64,000 nucleotides of DNA from Octopus vulgaris. Lineage: Eukaryota. The stretch is taken from assembly GCA_951406725.2 (NCBI GenBank), contig OX597817.1:162440001-162504000 (forward strand), written 5' to 3'. Positions 1-11,855 of the stretch are shown here, one piece after another (positions within the stretch are counted from its first letter, which is position 1; the number at the start of each line of letters is the position of its first letter). The position numbers and the translations under genes were made by a program. A model generated the notes under the pieces. The model did not search any database, was not told the DNA's origin, and saw only the letters and a program-made list of their open reading frames with translations.

Positions 1-335
1 AGCAGAGTTTCTACAGCTGGATGCCCTTCCTAACGCCAACCATGCTGAGAGTGTAGTGGGTGCTTTTTACGTGCCACTGGCACGGGGCCAGTCAGGCGGT
101 ACTGGCAATGACCTCACTCGAATCTTTTTACACATGCCACCAGCACAGGTGCCAGTAAGGCGATGCTGGTAACAATCACGCTCGAATGGTGTCTTTTACA
201 TTCCACTGGCATGGAGGCCAGATAGCCGCTCTGGCAACGATCACGCTCGGATGGTGCTCTTAACACCCTACTAGCACAGGGCTCGAGTGCCAGTAAGGCA
301 ACGCTGGTAATGATCACACTCGAATGGTGCCTTTT
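1..335 (-). mobile_element. RTE-tail retroposon (family B), partial, with internal subrepeats
   Basis: ctacagctggatgcccttcctaacgccaacc...gtagtgggtgctttttacgtgccac core shared with many copies in the window. Confidence 0.8.
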
Positions 336-346
336 AATAATAACTA

Positions 347-560
347 AGGCAGTAAGCTGGTAGAATTGTTAGCAGACCAGGCAAAATGTTTAGTGGCAGT
401 TCATTCATCTTTACTTTCTGAGTTCAAATTCTGCTGAGGTCAAATTTGCCTTTCATCCTTCCAGGGTCAGTAAAATATGTACCAGTTGATGCAATTGACT
501 TGTCCCACTCCAAAAGTTGGTGGCTGTTTGCCAAAATTTGAAACCAATATTAACAACTAG
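347..560 (+). mobile_element. tRNA-derived SINE with Deu/Nin-like core (family C), degraded
   Basis: head ...ttctgagttcaaatt followed by gcctttcatccttccagggtc...taccag. Confidence 0.65.
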
Positions 561-1096
561 ATTCTCATTTTGGCACAAGGCCAGCAATTTTGAGCAGTGG
601 CGATTAGTGAATACCATCAACCCCAGTACATGACTGGTACTTTATTTGACCTCAGCAGCATTTGAAGTCAGAACATAATAAGCAGAACCAAACACTGCAA
701 AGCACTCTTTCTGACACTTTAACGAGTCTACCAGCTAAATGGCTTATAATTGTTACCAATAATTCTTTCTTTTATACATGCAAACCCTGAAGTATTTGGG
801 GGTGAGGGCTAGTTGATTACATCAACCCTAACACCTACTTGGTACTTATTTTATTGACCCCAAAAAATTGAAAGACAAAGTCAACCTGGGCAGAATTTGA
901 GCTCAGAATGTAAAGACAGATGAAATATCATTAAGCATTTCATCTGGCATGCTAACGATTCTGCCAGCACATCCACCTTATAATTATTATCATTAATAAT
1001 GCTTTCTACATTGGTATAAGACCAGACAATTTTAGCTTGGTTGATTAATTCACAAATGTTCTCTCTTGGGTTTATAATCTCAAAAGCAAAAATACT

Positions 1097-1610
1097 ATCA
1101 TCATCATCATCATCGTTTAATGTCCGCTTTCCATGCTAGTATGGGTTGGACAATTTGGCTGAGGGCTGGCGAACCAGATGGCTGCACCAGGCTCCAATCT
1201 TGATCTGGTAGAGTTTCTACAGCTAGATGCCCTTCCTAATGCCAACCACTCCGAGAGTGTAGTGGGTGCTTTTTATGTGCCAATCAGGCGGTACTGGCAA
1301 TGACCTCCCTCAAATCTTTTACACATGCCACTGGCACAGGTGCCAGTAAGGTGATGCTGGTAATGATAACGCTCGAATGGTGTCTTTTACGTGCCACTGA
1401 CACAGAGGCCAGATAGCCACTCTGGCAATGATTATGCTTGGATGGTACTCTTAACACCCTACTAGCACAGGGCTTGAGTGCCAGTAAGGCAACGCTGGTA
1501 ATGATCACACTTGAATGGTGCCTTTTATGTGCCACTGGCATGGAAGCCGGTTAGCCACTCTGTCAACGATCACACTCGTATGGTGCTCTTTGCACCCTGC
1601 TAGCACGGAC
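1097..1610 (-). mobile_element. RTE-tail retroposon (family B)
   Basis: (CAT)n tail then gtttaatgtccgctttccatgctagtatgggttgg; closely similar to 1-335. Confidence 0.8.
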
Positions 1611-2040
1611 CTTATATAGAATTAATTTATATTCTTTATAGAATATTACACACTTTTCCTTGTAGTGATATTGGAAGTCTGGCAACTAGGTTTGGAAGAG
1701 GTTGTAAAATGGGGGCCTAGAGACATGCAAGTTATTCTGCAGTCACCCATCTCTCAATGTTAAAAAAAAGAAACAATAAGAAGAAATAAAGCTTACAGAT
1801 GAAGTCAGCAGGGTTGTAGTGTTCAGCACAGTATAGACCATGTTCTGAAAAAACATCTAGAGTGTTCTTTGCATCTCCATGGTATACAATCTAGATTGAG
1901 AAGATAGAAGGAGATAACAATATAATGTTAAAGATCAAATTATGGAACATATGTTGAGAGAAAAGGACAGAAATGAAGGAGATTTAGCAGGTGTAAAATG
2001 TCAGAGAAGGTGTAAAGATGCTAGGAAAAGTGCAAAGAAA

Positions 2041-2358
2041 TATCAAGAAAGATGTAGAAATGTCAAGACACATGTAGAGATGTCAAGTAAGCTGCAGTGA
2101 TGTCAAAATAGATGTAGAGATGTCAAGAAATGTAGTGATGCCAAAACAGATATGGAGATGTCAAGAAAGCTGTAGTGATGTCAAAACAGATATGGAGATG
2201 TCAAGAAAGCTGTAGTGATGTCAAAACAGATATGGAGATGTCAAGAAAGCTTTAGTGATGTCAAAACAGATATGGAGATGTCAAGAAAGCTGTAGTGATG
2301 TCAAAACAGATGTAAAGATGTCAAGAAAGCAGTAGTAATGTCAAACGGATGTAGAGAT
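2041..2358. repeat. 40-bp minisatellite made of two related ~20-bp subunits
   Basis: GATGTCAAGAAAGCTGTAGT-GATGTCAAAACAGATATGGA in tandem, decaying leftwards; followed by (GTT)n(ATT)n. Confidence 0.9.
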
Positions 2359-2383
2359 GTTGTTGTTGTTGTTGTTATTGTTA

Positions 2384-2424
<41 letters not shown>

Positions 2425-2870
2425 TCTCTTTATCACAGGTTTTGTTGGAGCTCCTGGAGTCTTACATGCATAGTGGGCTTGCTACCTGCAGCCTACCGTA
2501 CCATGCTATTATTATTATCATTCATATTATTATTATTATTATTATTATCCAGTAGTCTTATTTTTATCACGTGCTTTCACTGCACTACCGAGCGCAACTC
2601 TGTGTGCCTTGGGTATGTGCTGTGGTTTGTTGTGATGTTCTAATAGTGACAGTATTGAAAGTGTTTTACGTAGGATGTGTGTGGTGCCTGGTAGTGCTAC
2701 TTTCTAAATGTTATATATACCTGTTAGTCCTGGTGTTTTTGTTATGTATTTGTCTTGCACTACACTGATCTTCTTCCCACTACCATCACCACCACTACCA
2801 CCTCACAACAACAATATCACCACCACCACCACCACTAGCAGTAAGTAGTATAATGTAAACTGATCCTCAC

Positions 2871-3032
2871 CTTGCCATTAGAAAGTACCAATAATTTACT
2901 GAACATGTGAAATATTTGACTGGAAGGTTGGTGGATGGTAGCCAGTACTATTTTGTTGTGGTTCCTTGCTAGACTCTGTAGATTCAACATCAGTTTATAC
3001 GCCAAAGATGAATCAAGGCCAGATGTTGGTTC
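2871..3032 (-). CDS. ABCG half-transporter exon (end of Walker B, D-loop, H-loop)
   Basis: ttttgcAG|GAA...AAG|GTgag; 162 nt, phase 0/0; EPTSGLDSSLAYKLMLNLQSLARNHNKIVLATIHQPSSQIFHMFSKLLVLSNGK, typical ABCG EPTSGLD and TIHQP motifs. Confidence 0.95.
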
Positions 3033-3350
3033 CTGCAAAAACGAATGGGGTGAACATATGGTAAATTAGGGGCAGGGAACAATGGTAGTATATAATTAAA
3101 GCAACAGATACAACAGTGGTAACATCTGGAATGTTGATAACAACAGTAAGAACAACAGTGGCAAAAACAATAAGACAAATATACAAAACAACAGTAGCAC
3201 TAATAGGGGCTAAAACAACAGCAACAACAACAATAATTGTACAAATGATAGCAGTAACAACAAACTTTTTCAAGTTATTTCTACATATTCTCTATGGAAT
3301 GGAAATTAGAGCCAGTTATGATGTATCATACAAAAATATGTCTATTTAAA

Positions 3351-3570
3351 CCCTTTAGTGTTCAAACCGGCCATATCCGGACCAAATATTCTATCTGTTT
3401 TATATTCAAACTGGTGATATCTAGCCTCTCACACCTAACCTACATTAACACTCTAAAAATAAACAACCACGTCATTGAAACCTCAAAGCTATATGATAAT
3501 GAATGATTAATTAAAAACAATTTGAGTGAAAAAGTATTACATTTAACAGAGTAATCTGAATACTAAAGGG
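3351..3570. mobile_element. piggyBac-type MITE (other copies 8006-8219 and 25038-25240; partial ~36900-37010 and ~42660-42780)
   Basis: CCCTTTAG...CTAAAGGG termini; TTAA flanks (degenerate on the left of this copy); internal similarity between copies. Confidence 0.8.
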
Positions 3571-3951
3571 TTAAACAATGCAATCATCATCATTTAACAT
3601 CTACTTTCCATGCTGGCATGGGTTGGATGATTTGACAGGAGCTCGCTAGGCAGGAGACTGGACCAGGCTTTAGTGTCTGTTTTGATATGGTTTTTACAAC
3701 TGGACGCCCTTCCCAACACCAACTACCCAGCAGAGTGGACTGAGTGCTTTTTACATGAGACCAGCACAGGTGAGGTCAGTTTTGATCAAAGATAAAAAAT
3801 AAGTAATTGGTGTATTTGCATATTTCAGTTGTTGCTCCTTCTTCAATACTACATCCAAACCATCAACCACCACCAAACAAATTGCTAACACAGGTGGGGC
3901 AAAGTACTAACTTATAAACCTTTAATATATACTAGATTTCTCACACAAGTA

Positions 3952-4463
3952 CTGTAAATCCTCGAGTATAATCCGCATTTTTTCCCCAAAATTTAAAGGT
4001 CAAAATCCCTAGTGCGTACTCTATACGAGGTTAAAAATGAAAATTACTTTCTAAGCAATGTCCGAGTCTCTATTTGCTGTCCAGCAAAGTTTATTCAGAC
4101 GTATTTTGTGATGTTGGACGCGAAAATACCTTAAGCTAAACCTTAAAGAAATGAAGTCATAAAAGAATCATCCGTAACTTGCAATAAGCAACATTTATTA
4201 AACGTTATTACTGTTATTTTTTTATTTTCTGCAAACAAAATGCACAAAAAAGCTACGAGTTTGCATTATGTTATATATACAATAATAATAAAGGATGTTA
4301 CCGTGTACATTTTTACAAACCAAGGACGTTATGTAGATCTCCTTGACTCAAGTTAGAGAAAGGGTGCGTATTATACACAAGGTTTAGGTTTTTCAGAGGT
4401 ACAGTCCCCTAAAAATCCCCTGCGTATTATACTCAAGGGCGGACTATACTTGAGGATTTACGG
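3952..4463. mobile_element. pogo/Tigger-type MITE
   Basis: TA|CTGTAAATCCTCGAGTATA...TATACTTGAGGATTTACGG|TA; related inverted copy at 34768-35290. Confidence 0.85.
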
Positions 4464-5609
4464 TACATCTTCATCATCATCATTATCATTTAATGTTCAA
4501 TAGTCTATGCTTGCATCAGTCAGACAGAATTTCTTGAGTCAGATTCTCTACAGCTGGGTGTCTTTCCTGCTGCCAACCCTTAAGTGTTTCCAAGCAAAGT
4601 ACTATTTACTCAAGCCCAGATATAACACGGGTTGGACGGTTCGACCGGGGTCTGGGAAGCCAGGAGGCTGCACCAGGCTCCAATCTGATCCGGCAGTGTT
4701 TCTACAGCTGGATGCCCTTCCTAACACCAACCACTCCGTGAGTGTAGTGGGTGCTTTTTACATGCCACCGGCACAGGGGCCAGGGGAGGCTGGCAGCGGC
4801 CATGATCGGTTGGTACTACCTCTTAACATAATGGTTATATATACACACACACACACATAATGAGCTTTTTTCAGTTTCCATAGACCAAATCCACTCACAA
4901 GACTTTGGCTAGTCCAGGGTTATTGTAGAAGACACTTGTCCAAGGAGCTGTGCAGTGGGACTGAACCCAAGATTGTATAGCTGGGAAAAGGCTTCTTAAC
5001 CACAGAGCCACACCGGCACCTATATAGCCACACTAGTGTCTCACCACAAAACCTAACCTTTGAAGAAGAGGGTCACAGTCACTTAGTCTGAGAGCGTTTC
5101 TGAAGTGGTATTTTATTTTATTGACCATGAAGACAAGAGAGGCAAATATTAAGCAAATAAAAATTTTAATAAAAGCTACAACTGAAGGACAACAACAACA
5201 ACAACAACAACACAAATAACAGCAGGACAACAACAATGTCAACATCAGTAGTGCAACCACAGCAGCAGTACAATAATAGCCAAACAGCAGCAATTTTAAC
5301 ATCAGGATGACAACAGCAGCAGCAGCCGTTCAAGAATTTGGACCTGGAGATCTCCATTTCCAGCGACTTCGAGGGCCACCTCCGAGAGGTGTCAGGCGTC
5401 AACAAAGAGTCCTCAACTACAACAAGATGATCAAAGTTTTTTTTCTTTCTTTTTTACCAAGGTCTGGGGTCTCCTGCCCCTAAGCCCTAGACCATCACCT
5501 AATCACCCTTACTCGTCTTGTTGCTTAACAACAACAACAACAGCAGCAGCAGTACAATAATAGCCAAACAGCAGTAAGGGTAAGAAAAGTGTGGTGTTGG
5601 TGAGAGAGG

Positions 5610-5802
5610 ATGACGGATAGGGGAGAGTGGAAGTAGGGCTTGCCGGGCGGAAGTAGGGCTTTGCAGGGCGCATGCGCGGGAGGAAGCGGAAGCGGCAGGC
5701 AGGATGCACGTGTGGGATCGAGCAGTTGCGGCAGACACGACGAAGGCACCAGACGCATCGAGTTGGCTGAGAGGGATCCGAACTAAACTTCGACGAGGTA
5801 AG
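5610..5802 (+). promoter_or_regulatory. CpG-rich promoter-like island followed by a splice donor, antisense to ABCG
   Basis: GGAAGTAGGGCTT twice (5629, 5649), GCGCATGCGC 5668-5677, GGAAGCGGAAGC, CACGTG 5707-5712, GAG|GTAAG at 5798. Confidence 0.45.
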
Positions 5803-5919
5803 GCCCAATCGCATTTCCATTCTCCCTTTTTCTGTTGTACTTTTTTCATCGTTCACACCACAAAAAGAAAACATTGAAATACATCTGAACTAATGTAAAA
5901 ATAAAAAGACTTAACTCAC

Positions 5920-6020
5920 ATCAACGATAATAATATCAGGGTTTGTGAGAAGTTCACAGGATATGTTGGCTCTTTTCTTCTCACCTCCAGACAATCCTCT
6001 CATCCATGATGACCCAATAA
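5920..6020 (-). CDS. ABCG exon (signature motif and Walker B); not in the ORF track
   Basis: ttttcAG|TT ATT GGG...GTT GAT|GTgag; 101 nt, phase 1/0; (V)[33 protein letters not shown], in frame with both neighbouring exons. Confidence 0.95.
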
Positions 6021-6188
6021 CTGAAAATTATAACGACCAATTGAAAATTATTTGTTACAAATAGCAAAAGAAAAAAAACACAAACCCCTTCTTCTATCAA
6101 ACACCTAATAACACCTAATCACATCGACACTGTCCTCCTCCCCTTCCTCACCACCACCACCTTCTCTTCCTTTGGTAGACAGCAACTA

Positions 6189-7693
6189 TGAAGGAGAGTC
6201 AAAAATTATACACACTCTTGTTTTTTCAATGTGTGTGGGTGTGCAATGTCCTGCAACTACAAAACTTTCTTCAGCAATAGGCTACAGCATTTGGTGCAAA
6301 TTGCTGGCTTCCGTTTACTGGCCAGCAAAGCACTGTGTCTTGCACTGTTGATTGTACACCCCTTTCCCAGGTAGTCTCCCAGTATAGGCCCTTTTGAGTC
6401 TCAAAAAAGGGTTAGCATCACTTTTCCCGTGAAAGATTGAGTCTTGAATTTCTTCGTCACTGGCGAGCCAGGATGTTTCCATTCCATATCCTGTCTTTTG
6501 GATTGTCTCAATGATGGGTCCACGTTTCATTTCCTGTGACTATTCTGCTCAAAAATTCCTCATCCTCATTGTTGTAGCAATCAAATAAACTTTGGCAGAC
6601 CTCAAGATGTTGGTGCTTGTGCTCTGCAGTAAGCTCTCTTGGCACCCATCTTGCACAAACTTTATGGAAGCCGAGCTCATCATGGATGACCTAACATGTT
6701 TCATCCTCTCTTTTCACTCTCTTTTACTTGTTTCAGTCATTTGACTGCGGCCATGCTGGAGCACCGCCTTCAGTCGAGCAACTCGACCCCGGGACTTATC
6801 CTTTAGTAAGCCCAGTACTTATTCTATCGGTCTCTTTTGCCGAACCGCTAAGCAACGGGGACGTAAACACACCAGCATCGGTTGTCAAGCAATGTTGGGC
6901 GGACAAACACAGACACACAAACATACACACACACACACATATATATATATATACATATATACGACGGGCTTCTTTCAGTTTCCGTCTACCAAATCCACTC
7001 ACAAGGCATTGGTCGGCCCGGGGCTATAGCAGAAGACACTTGCCCAAGGTGCCAAGTAGTGGGACTGAACCCGGAACCATGTGGTTGGTTAGCAAGCTAC
7101 TTCCCACACAGCCACTCCTACGCCCGTGTGATAAGTCTGCCAAAAAAGCTCTCATTTTCTTGGCACATTGCCAAAAGTGCCTGGGAGAAATTAACTCATC
7201 CTTGTTTCTGAAAAGGTGTGAGCGTTTGGGGAAGCCATCATGCAAATGGTTGTTAATTATTTATTTTCCATGGACCCTACACTTATCTTCACTTCTTGGG
7301 CTAGTTACCGAATAGTTATGAAGTGATCCTCCAAAATGGCAGCTTCTGCTTTATGTCCAGGAATAGAAGCAGTTTCCACCAATGTCCAACCACATTTGAA
7401 CTGGCGATGCCTGTGCTTGACTACGTCATATGATGATGCATCATCACCATAAAGTTCTTTCATCATATCAAACGTTTTTTTTGGTGTACAACCTTTCAAA
7501 TATAAGAACCTATTCTCCATTCAACTGCCTCCATTATAACACCTTAGTCTACTTCAGCAGCCGTAAATGACAAACGAATACAAGTGGAAAGCTGCAATTT
7601 ACAATGTGACATGTAGAGACAGGTATGATTATACCTGTACAAGTTCTGTTTCCTGCAATAACCAGAAGTAGGTCAGTGGGTGAACACACCTCA
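6189..7693 (-). mobile_element. decayed mariner transposon interrupted by a SINE
   Basis: fragments such as FLYLKGCTPKKTFDMMKELYGDDASSYDVVKHRHRQFKCG (HTH) and a WVPREL motif near 6630; TA flanks; TIRs only roughly matching. Confidence 0.75.
6706..7124 (-). mobile_element. full-length tRNA-derived SINE (family A) with central (TA)/(TG) microsatellite
   Basis: head GGCGTAGGAGTGGCTGTGTGG...GGTTCAGTCCC (A/B-box-like), tail ATGACTGAAACAAGTAAAAGAG; more than 12 copies in the window. Confidence 0.9.
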
Positions 7694-8407
7694 TATATAC
7701 ATATATCAATATTTTATGTTTGCTTTCCACACATGCATGGATTGGACAAGTCATGATCTGTGTCAATTCTTATTGGAAGTTAGTGCCCTCCGAGAAAGGG
7801 AAGGGCGCTAGTCAATTACAGTAACCCCAGTGCTCAACTGGTACTTATTTCATTAATCCAAAAAGATGAAAGGCAAAGTCAACGTCGGTGGAATTTGAAC
7901 TCAGAATGTAAAGACAGACAAAATGCTTAGCAGCATTTAGTCTGGTGTGCTAACAGTTCTGCCAGCTTGTAGGCCTACAACAGAAGTAAAAACAATAGTG
8001 CTTAACCATTTAGCATTTAATTTAGCCATATCCAGCCCAAATATTCTACCTATTTAAATGTTCAAACTAACCAGGTCCAGCCTTTTATACCTATCCAATG
8101 ATGTCATTTTAAAAAAATATTATCACACCATCGAAATATAAGAAGTGAGATAATGCATGACAAATCAAAAACTAAGTGAATGAATAAGCATTTACTTAAG
8201 TAATCTGAATGCTAAGTGGTTAAGCCAATATTATTATGACAGAGGTTGACTTTCAGGCATCTGCCATGGCTGCGATCTCACTTTACTTGCTGGGTCTTCT
8301 CTATATCATGCTAAATCTTCCTGAGAACCACATCAAGGGTGCACATGTGCATGGAGTGCCAGTTATATATATGTAAGTATGTATTTATATATATATATAT
8401 ATATCAG

Positions 8408-8594
8408 TAAATATAATATGTGACAATTATTCGGTTGCCATGATAGAATTCCGAGTTTCGGATGTCAGGGCGGAAACCCACACCACCATCTCTCCAGTTA
8501 TCCGACCATCAATTTTTTCGATGGCTGGATAACTGAAGAGATGGCAGCGTGAGTTTTATCATGGCTACCAAATAATAGTCACATATTATATTTA
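8408..8594. repeat. nested foldback, probably Penelope-derived
   Basis: outer arms taaatataatatgtgacaattattcggttgccatgata / tatcatggctaccaaataatagtcacatattatattta; inner arms ccatctctccagttatcc / ggataactgaagagatgg. Confidence 0.75.
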
Positions 8595-8794
8595 TAAATA
8601 AATTCCTCTATTTACATTATATTGAGATCTCTTTCAGTCTTTTGTTGTCTTACCATTTCTATCAATATATATATATCTAAGATAAAATTTACTTGGAAAA
8701 GGATGCGTGGCATTCGATCATATAATAATATAAATAATATATAAATATATGCATATATACATACATAGCTACATATATATGTATATATACATGC

Positions 8795-9085
8795 ATATCC
8801 GACTCGTGGCCGATGCCAGCACCGCCTCGACTGGCTTCCGTGCCGGTGGCACATAAAATACACCAATCTGACCGTGGCCGTTGCCAGCCCCGCCTGGCAC
8901 CTGTGCAGGTGGCACGTAAAAAGCACCCACTACACTCACGGAGTGGTTGGCGTTAGGAAGGGCATCCAGCTGTAGAAACATTGCCAGATTAGACTGGAGC
9001 CTGGTGCAGCCTTCTGGCTTCCCAGAACCCCGGTCGAACCGTCCAACCCATGCTAGCATGGAGAACGGACGTTAAACGACGATGA
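8795..9085 (+). mobile_element. RTE-tail retroposon (family B)
   Basis: family B core on the + strand ending in gttaaacgacgatgat. Confidence 0.85.
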
Positions 9086-9240
9086 TAGGTACAGGACATC
9101 AAAAAAACGTTATGTTTTCGTTTCTCATTGTGTTCAACGTTTATTTGATGTCCCATACCTATATGCATGTATATATACATATATATGTAGCTATGTACAT
9201 ATATGTATGTATATATGCATATATTTATATATTATTTATC

Positions 9241-9299
<59 letters not shown>

Positions 9300-9425
9300 G
9301 TGCGCTGGAAACATATGCATGTATTATGCAGTTTGTTACAGTGAAACAAAATTAACAAAGAGGAGGTCAAGAAAATCATGAAGGCTAGGTTAAAAGAAAG
9401 AAGGAATATCTGTATTGATGTTTAC

Positions 9426-9531
9426 CTGTGTCCAGACATTTTTCTAACTCCATCTGTGAAACAATCTGGTCTACTCTCTTTTTCTTCTGAAAGTCAGTCA
9501 TTTTCTCAGGGAGTTTGATCATGGCTGTGAA
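9426..9531 (-). CDS. ABCG exon (helical subdomain)
   Basis: ttctatcAG|TTC...ACA G|GTaaa; 106 nt, phase 0/1; FTAMIKLPEKMTDFQKKKRVDQIVSQMELEKCLDT. Confidence 0.93.
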
Positions 9532-9537
9532 CTGATA

Positions 9538-9592
<55 letters not shown>

Positions 9593-9829
9593 ATCCAAGC
9601 ATGAAAACACAAAGAGAAAACACAACAACACGAGGACGTGGAACAAGTATAGTGTTATTGGACACTCAGGAAAGGAAAGAAAGAAGAAGGAATTAACGTT
9701 TCGAGCCGAGCTCTTCATCAGAAATATAGAAAAAAGGAAAAGTCCAAGGAAGGGAAAACGGAGAAAGAAAATCGCCAACGATACACACAGATCACATATT
9801 AAATATATATATAAATATATATATATATA

Positions 9830-10199
9830 CTAGCAGTATCGCCCGGCGTTGCTCGGGTTTGTAAGGGAAATAACTATAAAGCATTTTTAGAGAGTTATAG
9901 CCAAAAAATGGAAAAAAAATTATGGTAAATTTTTTTTTTAGTTAAAAAGGTCGAGTTGCGTCCCCTAGACAGTCTGTTGTTTGTGTTTCTGATTCTCGAC
10001 CCCATGTCGAATTTATCGATTTTTTTCAGAACTGGGGGAACTTTTCAAAATTTTCGCTGCGTTAGTTTTGAATTATGACATTGGGCTATGTGTGTGTCAA
10101 GTTTCATCAGAATCGGTTGAAAGCCGTGGTCAGGGTGAGGGTACAACCTAACAGACACACAGAAACACACACAGACAAACTGCCGTTTATATATATAGA
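9830..10199 (-). mobile_element. non-autonomous Helitron
   Basis: minus strand A|TCTATATATAT...CCCGAGCAACGCCGGGCGATACTGCTAG|T: 5'-TC, subterminal GC hairpin, 3'-CTAG, A/T target, no TSD. Confidence 0.88.
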
Positions 10200-10203
10200 T
10201 ATA

Positions 10204-10470
10204 TCTCTTATTATAAAAGGCAGATTTTATCTGCCTCCCTTTGGGAGTTATAGAAATCTACAATATAGGATTTCTTCAATTACAATTTACCTAGCATTTT
10301 TGAGAGTAGAATGCATCGCGTCATGCCAGGTCCAGTTTTTAAAATTTTAACTCCAATTAAGCAAAATTTAAAAACTCACATTCTGGTGTGTGTGTACAAA
10401 TGCTTTTCTTAGTCTGGTTTACACCACACGCAAATGCACACACACAGTGGGCAACGAATAAAATGAAAGT
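10204..10470 (+). mobile_element. second Helitron-like family, 5' part (second copy 11973-12240)
   Basis: A|TCTCTTATTATAAAAGGCAG start; ~265 bp nearly identical to 11973-12240; no 3' CTRR found. Confidence 0.55.
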
Positions 10471-10886
10471 AAATAGCGACAGAGTGATTTGAGGAAGACT
10501 AAAGTGAAAGTATTCTGTCTATGACGCTGATAGATACATGAGTAAAATGTATGGGAAGCTAAGAGCTAAGAGTGAGTGAAAATGTTCTTGGAAAATGTGT
10601 TAGTAATAAAGTAAACATACACTCATACATACATACATACATACATACATACATACATACATACATACATACATACACACACATACATACACACACACAT
10701 ACATACAAACACACATATACATACATACATACATACATATACATACATACATACACACACACACATACTCACACACACAGTATTGAAGCTTGAGAACAAT
10801 CAGATACATTTGCAACACATCTGTTGAAAATATTATTCTTTACACACATACATATACATATATACATACAGACAGACAGACAGATA

Positions 10887-10920
<34 letters not shown>

Positions 10921-10984
10921 ATCCAGCATGGCCACAACCTCAAGGCTGAAACATATAAAAGAATAACAGAATATAAGTGTGTGC

Positions 10985-11855
10985 AAAGTACAAGAAATAT
11001 TAATGCAGTATATGGGGATTGGACAATAAGCGTAAGGCAGTGTCAATGGTGGTTCCAGAAATCCCGAGCCATAAACTACAGCCTAGAAGACGAGCCTCAT
11101 CCTGAAAGATCTGTTGAACTCGACAAGGACATCCTGAAAACCCTGGTGGAACAAAATCTCATCGTAACTGTTGAGGAACTAGCAGAGAAGCTTGGATTTG
11201 GTCATTCAACCATTCATTGACACCTGTGTGCTATCGGAAAAGTCAGCAAATTGGGTCAATGGGTTCCTCACGAATTTTCCGAGTCTAATTGCATGCAGAG
11301 AGTGAATGTATGCTTTTCTTTGCTGTCACATCTCACCACTACTGCGCTATGTATATCTATATATATAAAACTGTAGTTGTGTGAGTGTCTGTCCCCTTCG
11401 ATTTAGATTCCTAACTACTCCCACATTTTGCGGTGCAGTTTAACCAAATTCGGGTAGCTTATAGTCATGATTCATATCGAGCCCGTCTGAATATTAGCGC
11501 GCGTCTACGATGAGTCTACGATTTTAAAAATAATTTAACATCATTTTTAATTCCATTTTAATGCATAATTTTTCGTGTGTCGATGGCGGCGGAGTTGGCG
11601 TCCACGCTCACACCTGCACCTGTGGGGAAGGGAGTGTAAGGAAATCAACGTCGTAATGCGTTGTCAAGGAGACCAGTGTTCTTTTACAACAACGACTTCA
11701 TGGCTTGAAGACACCAAAACAGAAATGGCCAAGAAAGCATCTACATGAGTCTACGATTTAAAAATCGTTTTTTTTCCATTTTAATGCATTTTTTCGCTAT
11801 TATATAAGGGAAGTAACTCTCTAAAAATGTCTACGATGAGTCAACGATTTAAAAA
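10985..11855 (+). repeat. local duplication of 14317-15198 (mariner fragment plus Helitron 5' part)
   Basis: near-identical including the mariner/Helitron junction; flanked by a 60-bp direct repeat (10926-10985, 11857-11916). Confidence 0.9.

Noticed and set aside
6728-7315. 195-aa ORF and similar recurring ORFs (…RLPNPLTR…, …LDALPNANHS…)
   Set aside because: Translations of non-coding SINE or retroposon copies
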